The position numbers and the translations under genes were made by a program. Shown here piece by piece: positions 1 through 11,944 of a stretch of 64,000 nucleotides of DNA (within the stretch, counting starts at the first letter, position 1; each line of letters begins with the position of its first letter). The notes under the pieces are model-generated. The model did no database searches. It worked only from the letters and a program-made list of their open reading frames with translations, and was not told where the DNA came from. Source of the stretch: Mustelus asterias (taxonomy: Eukaryota). The stretch lies in NCBI RefSeq assembly GCF_964213995.1, contig NC_135816.1, positions 46,624,001-46,688,000 of the forward strand. The letters run 5' to 3'.

Positions 1-128
1 AAGGGGTATGGAGGGAATGCAGGAGTGGCCTACTGAAAGTGCATGATCAGCCATGGCAATATTGAATGGTGGTGTAGGCTCGAAGGGCCAAATGGCCTAC
101 TCCTGCACCTATTTTCTATGTTTCTATG
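1..128 (+). mobile_element. 3' end of CR1-type LINE
   Basis: gatcagccatggc...ggctcgaagggccaaatggcctactcctgcacct stem-loop region ending in the ttctatgtttctatg tail typical of CR1 3' ends. Confidence 0.8.
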
Positions 129-157
129 AAAGGCAAAGTGAAGAGGTTGGATTAGAC

Positions 158-465
158 CAGTGGTTCCCAAACTTTTTTCACTGGGCCGCACTTTCGGAAT
201 AAAAATTTGCTCACGCCACACCGAATTTTTTATTGATAAGAAATACATTCAAAAACAAAATAAAAACAACTCCTAGCAGTGCTTGATTCATAACATAGAA
301 CACAACTACTTTATAATATGATCATGGGACATCCAGAAAGTGTAAAAGAATGCTTGTTTAAACCATATTTAAATGTTTCTTTGATTGTCCTTGAATCTTC
401 CCGCCACACTTGCCATCCTCTCTCGCCGCACCAGTGTGGCGCGTCGTACTCTTTGGGAACCACTG
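158..465. mobile_element. hAT (Charlie-like) MITE, 308 bp
   Basis: 14-bp TIRs cagtggttcccaaa / tttgggaaccactg; perfect 8-bp TSD gattagac at 150-157 and 466-473. Confidence 0.9.
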
Positions 466-916
466 GATTAGACGTATGTCAGTTACCGAATATACCATGT
501 CACCTTTCCTGCCCTGATTGGTCACTGAGCTTCCTCCAGCACTTTATCCAGTTGTTCTGCTGATGACCTCCTCAGCCTGCTCCAACCAAACCAGCTTATG
601 TTTCGGGGCAAGCTTCTTTATCCCATCTGCAGAGAATAGAAATTCCCTGGGACCCTTACAGCCTGTAGCACCATTGTGATGAGCATAGATAAAGTGAATA
701 GCCAAGATGCATTGCTGAAGCGTGGCGCTGTTTTGTTACATTGTGTCTCTATTTCTGTATCTTCTGTTTCTGTCTGAAGACCTCTACCACGCTTCAACCC
801 TGACCCTTGCATGGTCTCTTTAAAGAGTCATCACTGTATTTTTGGTGGTGGCTCAGAGCAATCCCTTTAATGCCTGTTGGTTGGGCACATTTAGATCTGG
901 TTATCCTAAACATAAT

Positions 917-1860
917 GGGTGGATTTTTATGACCTCTTTATGCCTGTTTTGCTGTGGGAAAATGTCGTAAATTCAGGCGTAAAGCGTCTAGTGTGAACGG
1001 CGCCCGTTTTCGTGCCTGTCGCAATTTTACCACACCCGGATTTCCAGTGTGGTCAGCCTCTCACCAGAAATGGGCGAGAAGCTGATTAAGTTATTTCAAT
1101 GTATCTAGTGAGCCCGGGGCTCAATTCCGGGCTCGCTTGCATTTGTGGCCTCATCGGGAGAGGTTCTCTCCAGCAAAGAAAACATCTGCTCCCCATGAAC
1201 AGGGAACAGCCGTGTTGGGCTCATCGTTGGAACAAGAGGCCATTGAGGCCCCCCTCCGGGGAGGCCGAGTGCAAGACGGGGGTGCCCCTTGAGCAGTGCC
1301 AGCCTGGCACCTGGGCTATGCCCAACTGGGCAGTGCTGGGGGCAGGGCCTGTGGGGAGTGGGGCCTGTGTGGCAAGGCCTGTGGGGGTAGGCCAATGGGG
1401 GAGCCCACTGCCATTCTGCATGCGATCAGTGGGGGAAGCAGGGGGGCTTGCTGCCACTCTGCATGTGATTGGTGCGATCGGCCTGGGTGGCGGGGGAGCA
1501 GTGGCGGGGCAGCGGGGGCTGCACCTTGGGCCCCAGGCCCCCGTGTTGGGAGGGGTTGTTGGTTGAGGCTGCCTGCAGTAGCAGAGGCCTGACAGCGCTC
1601 TCTCTGACTGTCAGACCCCTGTTACTATCAATGCGCATGTGCAGCATCAGAGGTCTGCACATGCGCAATATCTCCCTCTACAGGCTGTCTGATGAGTTAA
1701 GCCCCACTCACAGCCTCTCTGGCTGGAAACTGACTAGCCCACCTTTTCAGAGATAGAGTGCATAAGATTGGATGTGAAAACTCACCCAATAAATGGATCA
1801 GGAACTTTCCCATTTTCAGACGAACTGGACACTTCGAACAAATCTCGTAAAATTCCACCC
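917..1860. mobile_element. Non-autonomous PIF/Harbinger-like DNA transposon
   Basis: Imperfect TIRs gggtggatttttatga / tcgtaaaattccaccc; 3-bp TSD aat; GC-rich interior with gcgcatgtgca motifs. Confidence 0.75.
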
Positions 1861-3211
1861 AATATGCCTGGCACCAGCTGGCTTTAGGGAAACTCAATTG
1901 CAGAGAGATGTCCAAAAACAGGTAATACGGTTCACTTTTTATACCAAGTTCTAGCGTGATACGTCCAATGAATCAAAAAATAGCTAATATGCATGAGCAA
2001 ATTGTTCTGCCACTGCTGAATAATGCATTTCTTCACAGTGCTTTGAAAACTAAAATACCCAGAGTGGAACGTCCTCATTTTTTTTGCACAGTGTAATGGC
2101 AGGCAGGAAATCGGCACCAAGGGCAGCCTCCTCCATCCTATTGTTAGGGATCTACTTAAAAAAAAATGAAAGGGCGGGTCACACTGGCGGATCAGTGCCA
2201 GGGCAGTGCCCGTGGACTGCCCCGGCATGACCCTCTCTCCCCTGGGTGATGTATTCACCTGCCGCCTCTGACAGCTTCAGCACGTCACGAAGGACCTGTC
2301 GAGATTCACATCGGCGTGAATGGACATTCTAACAGGGGGACAAACAGGCACAAAGGCCTGATAATTATACTTCAATGTATTCGAATAGGGATCCCGACAT
2401 TCAACATTGGGATTACAGTCACATCTTTGGCGAGAGCTGGAGCAATGGAAATGGGAAATCCCACCAGCGTGAACCACCTGTTGGGACTCCTACAGGATTT
2501 CCTGTGACCATTGCTTCGCGCCCCCCCCCCTCCGCTGCAGCGCCCCCGCCCCCCCTCCCCCCCCCCTGCAGCGCCCCCGGCCCCCTCTCCCCCCCCTGCA
2601 AAATCGCTAAACAAGTTTCCTTCAAGCTCAGATTTAGGCTTTCTTCTTTTCCTAGGACTCCATTCTGCTGCTTCTGGAGTCTCTGTTTTTCACTGGTTCA
2701 ATTGATTCACTGGCGCGCGATTAGCTGAATATTGCAAATAGCAAAATCTTTTTGATTTCGCCCACAAACCTATCATCTTTGAATGACACTTGACTCAACG
2801 CAATCAATACGCATAAAGAAAGTCATTTCAAAATGTAAGTATGGCCATTTTATTTTCTATTGAATTATTTAATATTGGAACGTGGTAATTTATCAAGAAT
2901 ACAGCAAATCTAGTGCCCTAATCGATCAAATTCAATTAGAACTTTGTCTCAATATTAAATGCGAGGGAACGTACCTGAATAAAGAAAAAAAACCTAGACT
3001 TCCAGTTAACAAATTATTTTAAATATTAAAATTAAAGTGATTCCTTTTCAGAAATATGAGCAATATGATAGTAGAAAATGTGATAACTTGCTTGAATTCC
3101 TTGTTACAGTTCAGTCATGCATGTCCAATTGATAAGCCAGGAGTAAAAAAAACAGTTAGCAATATATACCAAGTGCTGTGTTGATGGAACTGGAAAGTAT
3201 ACAGCAATTCC

Positions 3212-3830
3212 TTAAACATAAGAATAGGAATAGACCATTACGCCCATTCAACCTGTTCTGCTTTTCAATTACATCACAGCTGATTTGTATCTTAATGTCA
3301 TTCACCTCAATACACTTACTTTATGAAAATATATCAATCTCAGTGTTGAAAAGTTTAATTAATCCAGCCTCCAATAACATTTTGAGGGCACAAATTCCAG
3401 ATTTCCATTATTGTTGATGTGGAAAACATGCTTCCTCATGTTCATGGTCCTCAATTTCTTTCCTGAAAGATGGTGCCAAAGGTTGTTCCTTCTTGATGGC
3501 AGGGTTGTGTGCGTGGTTTCACTGCCAAGTAGCCAAGCCTGAATTTTAAGATGATGTTGCCTTTTTTCCATCAGAGGAAATAGGTTCTCCATCTATACCC
3601 AATCAACATCCTTTATTGTTCTAAGCACCTCAAATTAGATTACCTCTCAGCCATCCAAGCTCAAGAGAACACAAATCATGATGATGCAGCCTGTCCCCAT
3701 AATTTAACTCTTTAAGCCCCTGATTTCATGGGGTGAATCTGTGAATCTATTATCTTCCAAGGCTCAGTGCCCAAAACTGCACTTCCCTCCAGATGGGATC
3801 TGACCAAAGCATTAATAGTGTAGCTACAAG
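3212..3830 (-). mobile_element. Old CR1 LINE 3' fragment
   Basis: Degenerate reverse complement of the CR1 3' UTR and ORF2 end (cataagaatagga...cgcccattcaacctgttctg; ttccagatttccatta). Confidence 0.6.
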
Positions 3831-3859
3831 AGCAAGTTCGAGGCTTTGTATTCTGAAAC

Positions 3860-4130
3860 AAGAAAATCACCTTCTGACTCCCCAGCAGCTTCCCACCAGA
3901 GACAAGGCACAATACAGGAGTGTGATGGAATACACTGCACTTGCCAAATAAGTACAGCTGCAACAACACTCGAGAAGCTGGACCCAGAACAAATCAGTCA
4001 AATCAACACCACATTCAACAAGTTAAGCATTTACCAGTTGAACCACTGGTGCAGCATGGCCGCCATCTTGAAGGTGCTCTGCATAATTTACCAAGCGTCC
4101 TTTGACACCAACTCCAAAACCCGTTCACGT
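3860..4130 (+). mobile_element. L2/CR1-group LINE fragment
   Basis: caccttctgactcccc...caaggcacaa...ggagtgtgatggaatac is homologous to the copy at 41773-42527. Confidence 0.65.
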
Positions 4131-4134
4131 TTAA

Positions 4135-4355
4135 AGATTATTCAGTGGTTAAGAGTTAACTGATTCATTTTGTTTGAGCTATATTTAAACTGTGTTATGA
4201 ATAAAGCTTGTTTTTGATTTTAAAAATCCCTAATTGGTCAGTAGAGTTACTCCTGGAAAGAAGCATCCTAGCCTCACATTTATATCCAAATAAAAGAAAT
4301 TGTTGGGATCTAGTCTGACTTCACAATATACCTTGGGGTTCTGATCTGGGACACA
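4135..4355 (+). mobile_element. LTR 3' fragment
   Basis: aataaa followed by a U5-like segment ending ggggttctgatctgggacaca; resembles other LTR ends in the window. Confidence 0.4.
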
Positions 4356-4619
4356 AATACTCTCATGTGCAATCTTATCAAGCGGCTTCCCGTAGTCCAA
4401 ATAGGCAACATCCATTCTTTTACTTGCATAGGACATGATGCAGCTTTACAAGTCTAACAAAAGCCACATAACTTCATTGCATGCAAATCTGTGAAGATCT
4501 TTAGAACCTACCGAATACGCAACTCAGATGACGCAAACCTTTCTGGATTTCTACGGATGCTTTGTGCATTGTAGGTATGGACAAAAGGACCCTTTGGTGC
4601 ACGGTTAGATGGATTGCTT

Positions 4620-5250
4620 TAATCCTGTGACATTTTTTTGTAGGCCATATTCAGTCACATTCAAACACATAAGCCCCAATCCCAGGCCACCTCAGAGGAG
4701 GATGCTAAGAAGCCATTTGAAGCAGACCCATCACAGCCTTCACCGGCACCCTCCTCCAGTTCAGACATACATATCGCGGTGGGTCATGGTTATAAATAAG
4801 GCTCAAATTGACATTCTGGGGAACACCTCATTGACATATTCCGCAGCATGGTGATGGCAGTGACAGGTTGCTGGGCAACAGCCACCCATTCAGTCCAACT
4901 CAAATGATGAGCCTCTGTAAGCGGCCATTGCAAATATGCTGAAGGTACAAAGACAGGCAGCAGAATATCAAGCAGCGTTGTGAGAGGCAGTCAACAAACT
5001 AGAGGGAAGGATGGAGGAGTCTGTCTGCATTCTGTCGAATGTTGTGGCTTTGACATGTGAGTCCGCCAAGGTCTTCATGGGCAGGGTGGTAGCCGCTTTG
5101 GAAAACACGGTCCAGCAGGTTCTGCCAGACTTGCGTTTGGAACTTCACTTCATCGCTATAGGCCTTGGTGAGATCCATCAGTGGCTGGATGACAGGGAGT
5201 CAGGGCACTTAGACTTTCTCCACGTGTAGCAAGGTATGGGCCCTCAGGCC
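4620..5250 (+). mobile_element. Degraded Harbinger accessory-gene remnant
   Basis: Acceptor-like ttttttgtag followed by decayed coiled-coil-like coding (MEESVCILSNVVAL...MGRVVAALEN), a style typical of Harbinger Myb-gene C-terminal exons; inference. Confidence 0.4.
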
Positions 5251-5259
5251 ATTTCCCGC

Positions 5260-6115
5260 AAAGTGAGCATTTATTATCCATCCCTAATTGCCTTTGAGAA
5301 GAGGTGTTGAGCTGCCTTCTTGAACCAGTGCAGTCCATCTAGATTCCATTCAGCCACAACATCGGATTTCTGGCAGCATCTGCTCCACACCGGAAATTGG
5401 GGGAAGCGCAACGACCATTTAGATGTTTAGCAGGCCCAGGACTGAAGTCTCCTGGAGATTGGGGTGGGCCGGGAGGGGGTGGTTCGGTGCTGGGCCTGGG
5501 AATGGTTGGGGGCCAGCGATCGGGCCATGGGGGGAGGGGAGTGAGGAGAACCAGGTTTGTGGTGGTCACGGGGCTGGCCAGCAATTGAGCTGGTCAGCAA
5601 TCGGGAGGCCAGCAGTGCAGGGCCACTGCGCATGCGCCAATCTCGGCACTGACAGACCAGCGCATGCGCAGTGACCCACTCAGCACGCTGATTTCAGCCT
5701 CTCCAGCGGGAATAGGCCCCGACCCCTAGTTTTTAATGATATTCACATTGGTGACCTCTGCAGTGCACAGAATGTGGGAGATTCTTCTCTGAACTCTCAC
5801 TGAAGAAACCAACATGAATTACTCCAATTTTCACACAAATTCGACACTTAGAATTTTTTTGGGATATTTCTGGCCGTGATATTTTCAAGTCGGGAGAGGG
5901 ACTTGGCGGTGATTGTGTCCTCATGTCTTTTGAAGTGGAAGAGATCAAGTGTTTAGAAGGTGCTGTCAAAAGGACCTTGCAAGTTGCTGCTGTGCACTTT
6001 GTAGATGGCATGCAGATGGCATACTGTGCACTGATGGCGGAGGGAAGGAATGTTTAATGTGCTTCATGAGGTGCCAGACAAACGGGCTGCTTTGGCCTGG
6101 ATGGTGTTGCATTTT
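5260..6115 (-). mobile_element. L2-like LINE 3' end interrupted by a Harbinger-like MITE (~5340-5876)
   Basis: gcatttatt...ccctaattgcctttgagaag...gagctgccttcttgaacc resumes after 5876; the insert carries two gcgcatgcgc motifs and ends gggatatttctggcc. Confidence 0.65.
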
Positions 6116-6139
6116 GCTTTTGTGTTAATGTCAAACCAG

Positions 6140-6432
6140 TACCTCGTTTGCCCATTTAAGTGGATAGAAGAGGTCTCATGGCATTACTTTGAAGAAAATC
6201 CAGGGAGGTTGGGGATGTTATCCCCAGAGTCCTGACCAATATTTATTCTTCAATGAACATCACCAAAATACAGATGATCTGGTCATTGCTGCTTATAGTA
6301 GCTTACTGTGTACAAATTGGCTTCTGCATTTCCCACATTACAAATGTGACTACATTTGAAAAGGGCTTTATTAGCTGTAAATGTTTTGGAACATCCAGGT
6401 GTCTTGAATGGCACTCAATAAATGCAAGTTTT
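6140..6432 (+). mobile_element. DeuSINE (SacSINE1/AmnSINE1-like)
   Basis: Deu core: catggcattactttgaag...gtcctgaccaatatttatt...acagatgatctggtcatt...caaattggc...cacattaca...gtgactaca; tail ataaatgcaagttt. Confidence 0.8.
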
Positions 6433-7007
6433 TTAAAAATTCAATTTCAATTCAATTTCACTTTATTGGCCATACAGAAATTTATTTTGGGTACATCGTT
6501 CTTATGTTAAAAAAAATTGCACATAAGTGAATAATAACAGTAAAAGGCAGAAATACCCTATTACAAAGGTACAACATTAAATAAAATATATATTAAAAAT
6601 TATCCAATGCATTAAAATAATCAGCCAGATAGTCCCACCCTAAGTGCATATCCTCATACGTACATCAGACTCCAGGTATAAGTTCTTACAGGGAAGAGCA
6701 CAAACGAGTTCAATCACTGATCTGTGCAATGGTTGGGTTCAACATCTATGGTTATCAGTCAATTTGATCAGATTTACCATCTGTGTCTAGTCATTTCAGT
6801 TCTTGTGACACCGTAAGACCATAAGACCGAGGAGCAGAATTAGGCCACTCAGCCCATCGAGTCTGCTCTGCCATTCAATCATGGCTAATATTTTTCTCAT
6901 CCTCATTCTTCTGCCTTTTCCCCATAGCCCCGATCACCTTATTAATCAAGAACCTATCTAACTATGATCTGGCCTCCACAGCCTTCTGCGGCAAAGAGTT
7001 CCCCAGA

Positions 7008-7683
7008 TGGACACACAGAGATGTCTATGTGCATAGATCCCTGAAAGTTGGCACCCAGGTTGATAGGGTTGTTAAGAAGGCGTGTTAGCTTTTATTGGTA
7101 GAGGGATTGAGTTGCGGAGCCAGGAGGTCATGCTGCAACTGTACAAAGCTCTGGTGCGGCCGCACTTGGAGTATTGCGTACAGTTCTGGTCGCCGCATTA
7201 TAGGAAAGATGTGGAAGTGTTGGAAAGGGTGCAGAGGAGATTTACCAGGATGTTGCCTGGTATGGTGGGAAAATCGTATGAGGAAAGGCTGAGGGACTTG
7301 AGGTTGTTTTCATTAGAGAGAAGAAGGTTAAGAGGTGACTTAATAGAGGCATACAAGATGATCAGAGGATTAGATAGGGTGGATAGTGAGAGCCTTTTTC
7401 CTCGGATGGTGATGGCTAACACGAGGGGACATAGCTTTAAATTGAGGGATGAGAGATATAGGACAGATGTTAGAGGTAGGTTTTTTACTCAGAGAGTAGT
7501 AAGGGCGTGGAATGTCCTGCCTGCAGCAGTAGTGGACTCGTCAACATTAACAGCATTCAAATGGTTATTGGATAAACATATGGATGATATTGGAATAGTG
7601 TAGATTAGAGGGGCTTTAGATTGGTTTCACTGGTTGGCGCAACATCGAGGGCCGAAGGGCCTGTACTGCGCTGTAATGTTCTA
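7008..7683 (+). mobile_element. HER1/CR1 LINE, 5'-truncated
   Basis: ORF 7082-7603 LQLYKALVRPHLEYCVQFWSPHYRKD...FFTQRVVRAWN; 3' tail gtaatgttcta; agat flanks both sides. Confidence 0.9.
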
Positions 7684-8369
7684 GATTTACCACTCTCTGG
7701 CTGAAGAAATTCCTCCTCGTCTCTGTTTTAAAGGATCGTCCCTTTAGCTTAAGGTTGTGCCCTCTGGTACTAGCTTTTCGTACTAGTGGAAACATCCTCT
7801 CCACGTCCACTCTATCCAGGCCTTGAAGTATCCTTTCAATATGATCCCCCTCATCCTAAACTGCAATGCGTACAGACCCAGAGTCCTCATACAACAAGCC
7901 CTTCATTCCAGGGATCATTCTTGTGAACCTCCTCTGGACCCTTTCCAAGGCCAGCACATCCTTCCTTAGATACAGAGTCCAAAGCTGTTCACAATACTCC
8001 AAATGGGGTCTGACCGGAGCCTTATACAGCCTCAGAAGTACATCCCTGCTCTTGTATTCTAATCCTCTCAATATGAATGCTAACATTGGATTTGCCTTTC
8101 AAACTGCTGACTGAACCTGCATGTTAACCTTAAGAGAATCTTGAACAAGGACTCCCAAGTCCCTTCGTGCTTCTGATTTCCTAAGCATTTCCCCATTTAG
8201 AAAATAGTCTATGCCTCCATTCCTCCTTCCAAAGTGCATAACCTTACACTTTTCCACATTGTATTCCATCTGGCACTTCTTTGTCCACTCTCCTAACCTG
8301 TCCAAGTCCTTCTGTGGCCTCCCTGCTTCCTCAATGCTACTTGTCCCTCTGCATATCTTTGGAGACTTA

Positions 8370-9412
8370 GGGCCTGATTTTACCAAAGCTTCGCGCCCGT
8401 TTCGTGGTAAAGTTGGGCGTCGGGCCGATACCACGATCTGCACCTGATTCCGAGTAGATCGCGGCTTTACCGACACCTGATTCGGGCGGGGGTCCGGCCC
8501 ACGCTCGAATCGGGCGGCCCGACGATTTAAATGCATTTGCATGCATTTGAATCGACTTAATGAACCGCGCGCCCAACTCTACCGCCAAATCCCACTTTAC
8601 CATCTTCTGGCCCGATCCAGATCCGCGCCTTTAACGACCTGGTAAAGAAAAGTCTGATGTCGTCGCTGCAGCTTCCGAAGAGCGGGATCAGAGCCTGCAA
8701 CGGCGCTCTGACCCAGCTGCTCCTCTGGTTGGGGGGGGGGGAGGGGGTGGGACCCAGATCATCCTCTGGTCGGGGGAGGTGTCCGCTGCCACTCTGTGGG
8801 CGATCCCTCCTCCCCACCATAGGAACAAATCCCTCCTGCCAGAGTGGACGTGCGGCCATGCCATCCCACAAAACCTTCAGGATGAAGCGATTCCTCGCTT
8901 GGAAGATGAAGCAGAACCGGCCGATTCCACAGTGGATCCGCATGAAAACCGGCAACAAGATCAGTACAAGTCCAAGAGGAGACACTGGAGAAGGAACAAG
9001 CTGGGCCTGTAAAGGGATACACCATCACTGGTACACTACCAGCCACAGCCATCTCTCCCGCTCTCTTGCCCCTGCAGGGAAGAGTAATCTGTGGTTGGTA
9101 GTGTACCCACCCCCCCCCACCCCACCCCCCCCCACCCCCACCCCCACCTCCCCCCAAGCCCCACCCCCCCACCCCCACCCCCCCCCACCCCCCACCCCCC
9201 ACCCCCACCCCCCACCCCCACCCGGGCACGCTCTGTCAGATTTTTTTCAAACTGCGCATGCGCAGTTCAGAGCTCCGATCGGTCTGGCAGCGCTAAGCCT
9301 CACCCACAGCGCAGATCGGACCGGAGTCGGCAAAACGCGTATGGGCACGCTGCAAAGAGGATTCCAGACGCCCAGATTCGGCACTTAGACTCAAAGTGGT
9401 AAAATCAGGCCC
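8370..9412. mobile_element. Harbinger-like MITE carrying an RPL39 retrocopy
   Basis: Perfect 16-bp TIRs gggcctgattttacca / tggtaaaatcaggccc; TTA TSD at 8367-8369 and 9413-9415. Confidence 0.9.
8858..9012 (+). pseudogene. RPL39: Processed 60S ribosomal protein L39 pseudogene
   Basis: [35 protein letters not shown], then a 1-nt deletion, then [15 protein letters not shown]-stop; intronless. Confidence 0.95.
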
Positions 9413-9789
9413 TTAGGCAACAGTGCCTTCAGTTCCTTCTTCCAAATCATTAACGTATATTGTGAAAAGTTGTGATATTTTCTTGCATCTCATCCATACA
9501 CATATTTAGACGGCAACTTGATAACTATGTCAAATATGCACCCTCCAAAGACTTCATACATCAAAACATACCACAAACTAACAGTCAAAATGGACTGCAG
9601 TCTTGGTGACATTTTGGAAAATGGATCACTGCAGTTACATTTGGTCAGCGCTTCACCCTATTCAATGTTCTTGTTGATTAATATGTCAGTCACCTCTATG
9701 ATAAATAATGAAGCAGTGCATCAACTTATATTGTAATGCATGCTCGGAATGAGCCACAGGCATTTTGTACAGTACAAGTATTTGTATAG

Positions 9790-10400
9790 TACTTTTAAAC
9801 AAATAAATCGCCCCAAGGCACTCCACAGAAGCTTTATCAAAACAAGTGCAGTAAATACTCAGCAGCTCAGCTAAGATCTGGGAAGAGAAACATTGCTATT
9901 GTTTCAGGTCATTGACCTTTCAAAGTGATATTAATACACATGACCAAAATCTTGATCAAAGAGGTCGGTTTTAAGGAGCATTTTAAGGCAGGAAAGAGAG
10001 ACAGCAGAGATGGAGCAATTTAGTGAGGGAATTAAATTATTGAAGGCCATTTCAACCAAAAACATGACTTCCAATATTGGAGTGATTAAAATCAGAGACA
10101 CTCAAGAGACCAGAATTGGAGGAGTGCAGAAATCTTGAAGTGTTTTATGGCTGCAAGAAATGGCAGAGGTAGAAGGGGCAAGAACTTGGAGGGATTTGAA
10201 GTGGTGCTTTTTAAAATCAAAAAGTTGATTACCGAAGCTTTAGTGCAGGTCAGCTAGCGATGGGGTGAATAGATCTCGGTGCCAGCGGAGTTTTGGATGA
10301 CCTCAAGTTTACCCAGGGTAGAATGTGGGAGGCTAGCGAGGAATGAATGGGAAGAGTCAAGTTAAGAGGTAACAAGGACATGGGTGACAATTTCAGTGCT
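9790..10400 (-). mobile_element. Ancient L2 LINE fragment
   Basis: cccaaggcactccacag...ggttttaaggagcattttaagg...ggcttttggatga-like L2 3' UTR/ORF2 patterns; short Penelope-like remnant at about 9845-9925. Confidence 0.5.
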
Positions 10401-11360
10401 AAGTGAAGTGAGAAATATCAGGCATAAATGATATGAACCCAATTCGGCGATGCTAAACAGATTCAGCAAGCAGCTGAAGGAGAGGTGCATTCTCTGGTAT
10501 AACAGCTGAAGGCAATTGTGAATTTGTCAATTACTGGTAGTGATAGTCCAATGTTACAATTTGCCATAATTGGTAAGACTCTGCAACAAACACTCTGCTG
10601 AAGCAAACAGGTCTCTGTCAGATAAATGAACTAAAATCTATAACTGTGCTCTAGTGCTTTCTGATCTCCCTGAATTGATTTCCTCCAACATGAAATACTC
10701 CATCTGAGGCGCTTTAAAAAGACAATCTATTTAAGGATGGAAAGAATTGTCTCAGATAAATTAATAAAAGTTCTACTCAGCTGGAAAAGGGTGCAATAAA
10801 AAAAGTGTACTAAGGAGTAGACATTGCAATAAGAAAAACATCCAATGCCAGTGGCAATTTTACTCTTTCCTCCCTGGAGTTTTCTACTGGTCCCATCCCA
10901 AATGCATTAACCAGAAGAATGTTTCAGATTTTCAGCTGGCCACATTTTGCACTCTCCCCATTACATTTAACACATGAGGTCAAAGCTGCATACACAGTTC
11001 TGAATGATTATTCAAATAAACAAACAGCTGAAAATCAATTCACTCTGCAGCTGGTTATCATTGCACGAATGATGTAGCACACACGTTCCAAAATCTGGTA
11101 CATTAAAATGATATGGCAAACCTACAAACCTGTCAAATTCTAGTTAAGAATAATATCTGAAAAAGATTATTAAGGGGATGAAGGCTATTAATGGTATGTC
11201 TTTGCATCCAGGGATAAACATTGTATCAACCTTCATCAAAATTTCAAACTGAATCTTATACATTTGTCAATCTTAGCCAAAGTTGAACCAAAGAAGGATA
11301 GGCAGTCAAAAAGGATGTGTAACTAATATAGAGTCAAAAAATAGATTCAACAAAAAGGGT

Positions 11361-11785
11361 TTGATTTGATTTATTATTGTCACATATATTAATATAAAAT
11401 GAAAAATATTGTTTCTTGCACGCTATTGTTTCTTGCAAAGCATTCCATTCATAGAGAAGGAAAGGAGAGGGTGCAGAATGTAGTGTTATAGTCATGGCTT
11501 GGATGTAGAGAAAGATCAACTTAATGTAAGGTAGGTCCATTCAAAAGTCCGATGGCAGCAGGGAAGGAGCTGTTCTTGAGCCAGTTGGTACATGACCTCA
11601 GACTTTTGTATCATTTTCTCGACAGAAGAAGGTGGAAGAGAGCATGTCCAAGGTGCGTGGTTATGCTGGCTGCTTTTCCAAGGCAGCGGAAAGTGTAGAT
11701 AATGTCAATGGCTGGGAGGCTGGTGTGCGTGATGGCTAGGCTTCGTTCACGACCCTTTATAATTTCTTGTGGTCTTGGACAGAGC
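11361..11785 (-). mobile_element. Rex1/Babar LINE 3' fragment
   Basis: ttgatttgatttattattgtcac tail; homologous to 31130-31495. Confidence 0.85.
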
Positions 11786-11944
11786 AGGAGGAGGGGGTAT
11801 AGCATCTAAATCCCCACTTGTTTGGTGGCTAAATAGACATGCAATTGTATGAGGTGGATGGGAGACAGACTGCAAAGCAACCTCCCAAAAGAATGAGAGA
11901 GCATTATTCCTGGTACAAGCATGAAATATTTCAGAAGGAATCCC

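Larger units (their letters stand above)
6814..9476 (-). mobile_element. CR1 LINE 3' part hosting nested HER1 and MITE insertions
   Basis: Tail taagaccataagacc at 6814; ORF2 peptides LRLYKAPVRPHLEYC and MEYNVEKCKVMHFG; sequence resumes after both inserts. Confidence 0.85.

Noticed and set aside
1099-1756. Overlapping GC-rich ORFs
   Set aside because: They lie inside a MITE; low-complexity Gly/Pro translations with no domain.
8657-9388. 243-aa ORF containing the RPL39 N-terminus and a polyproline run, as a chimeric gene
   Set aside because: It is open only because of GC-rich MITE sequence and C-runs; RPL39 is frameshifted; no evidence of expression.
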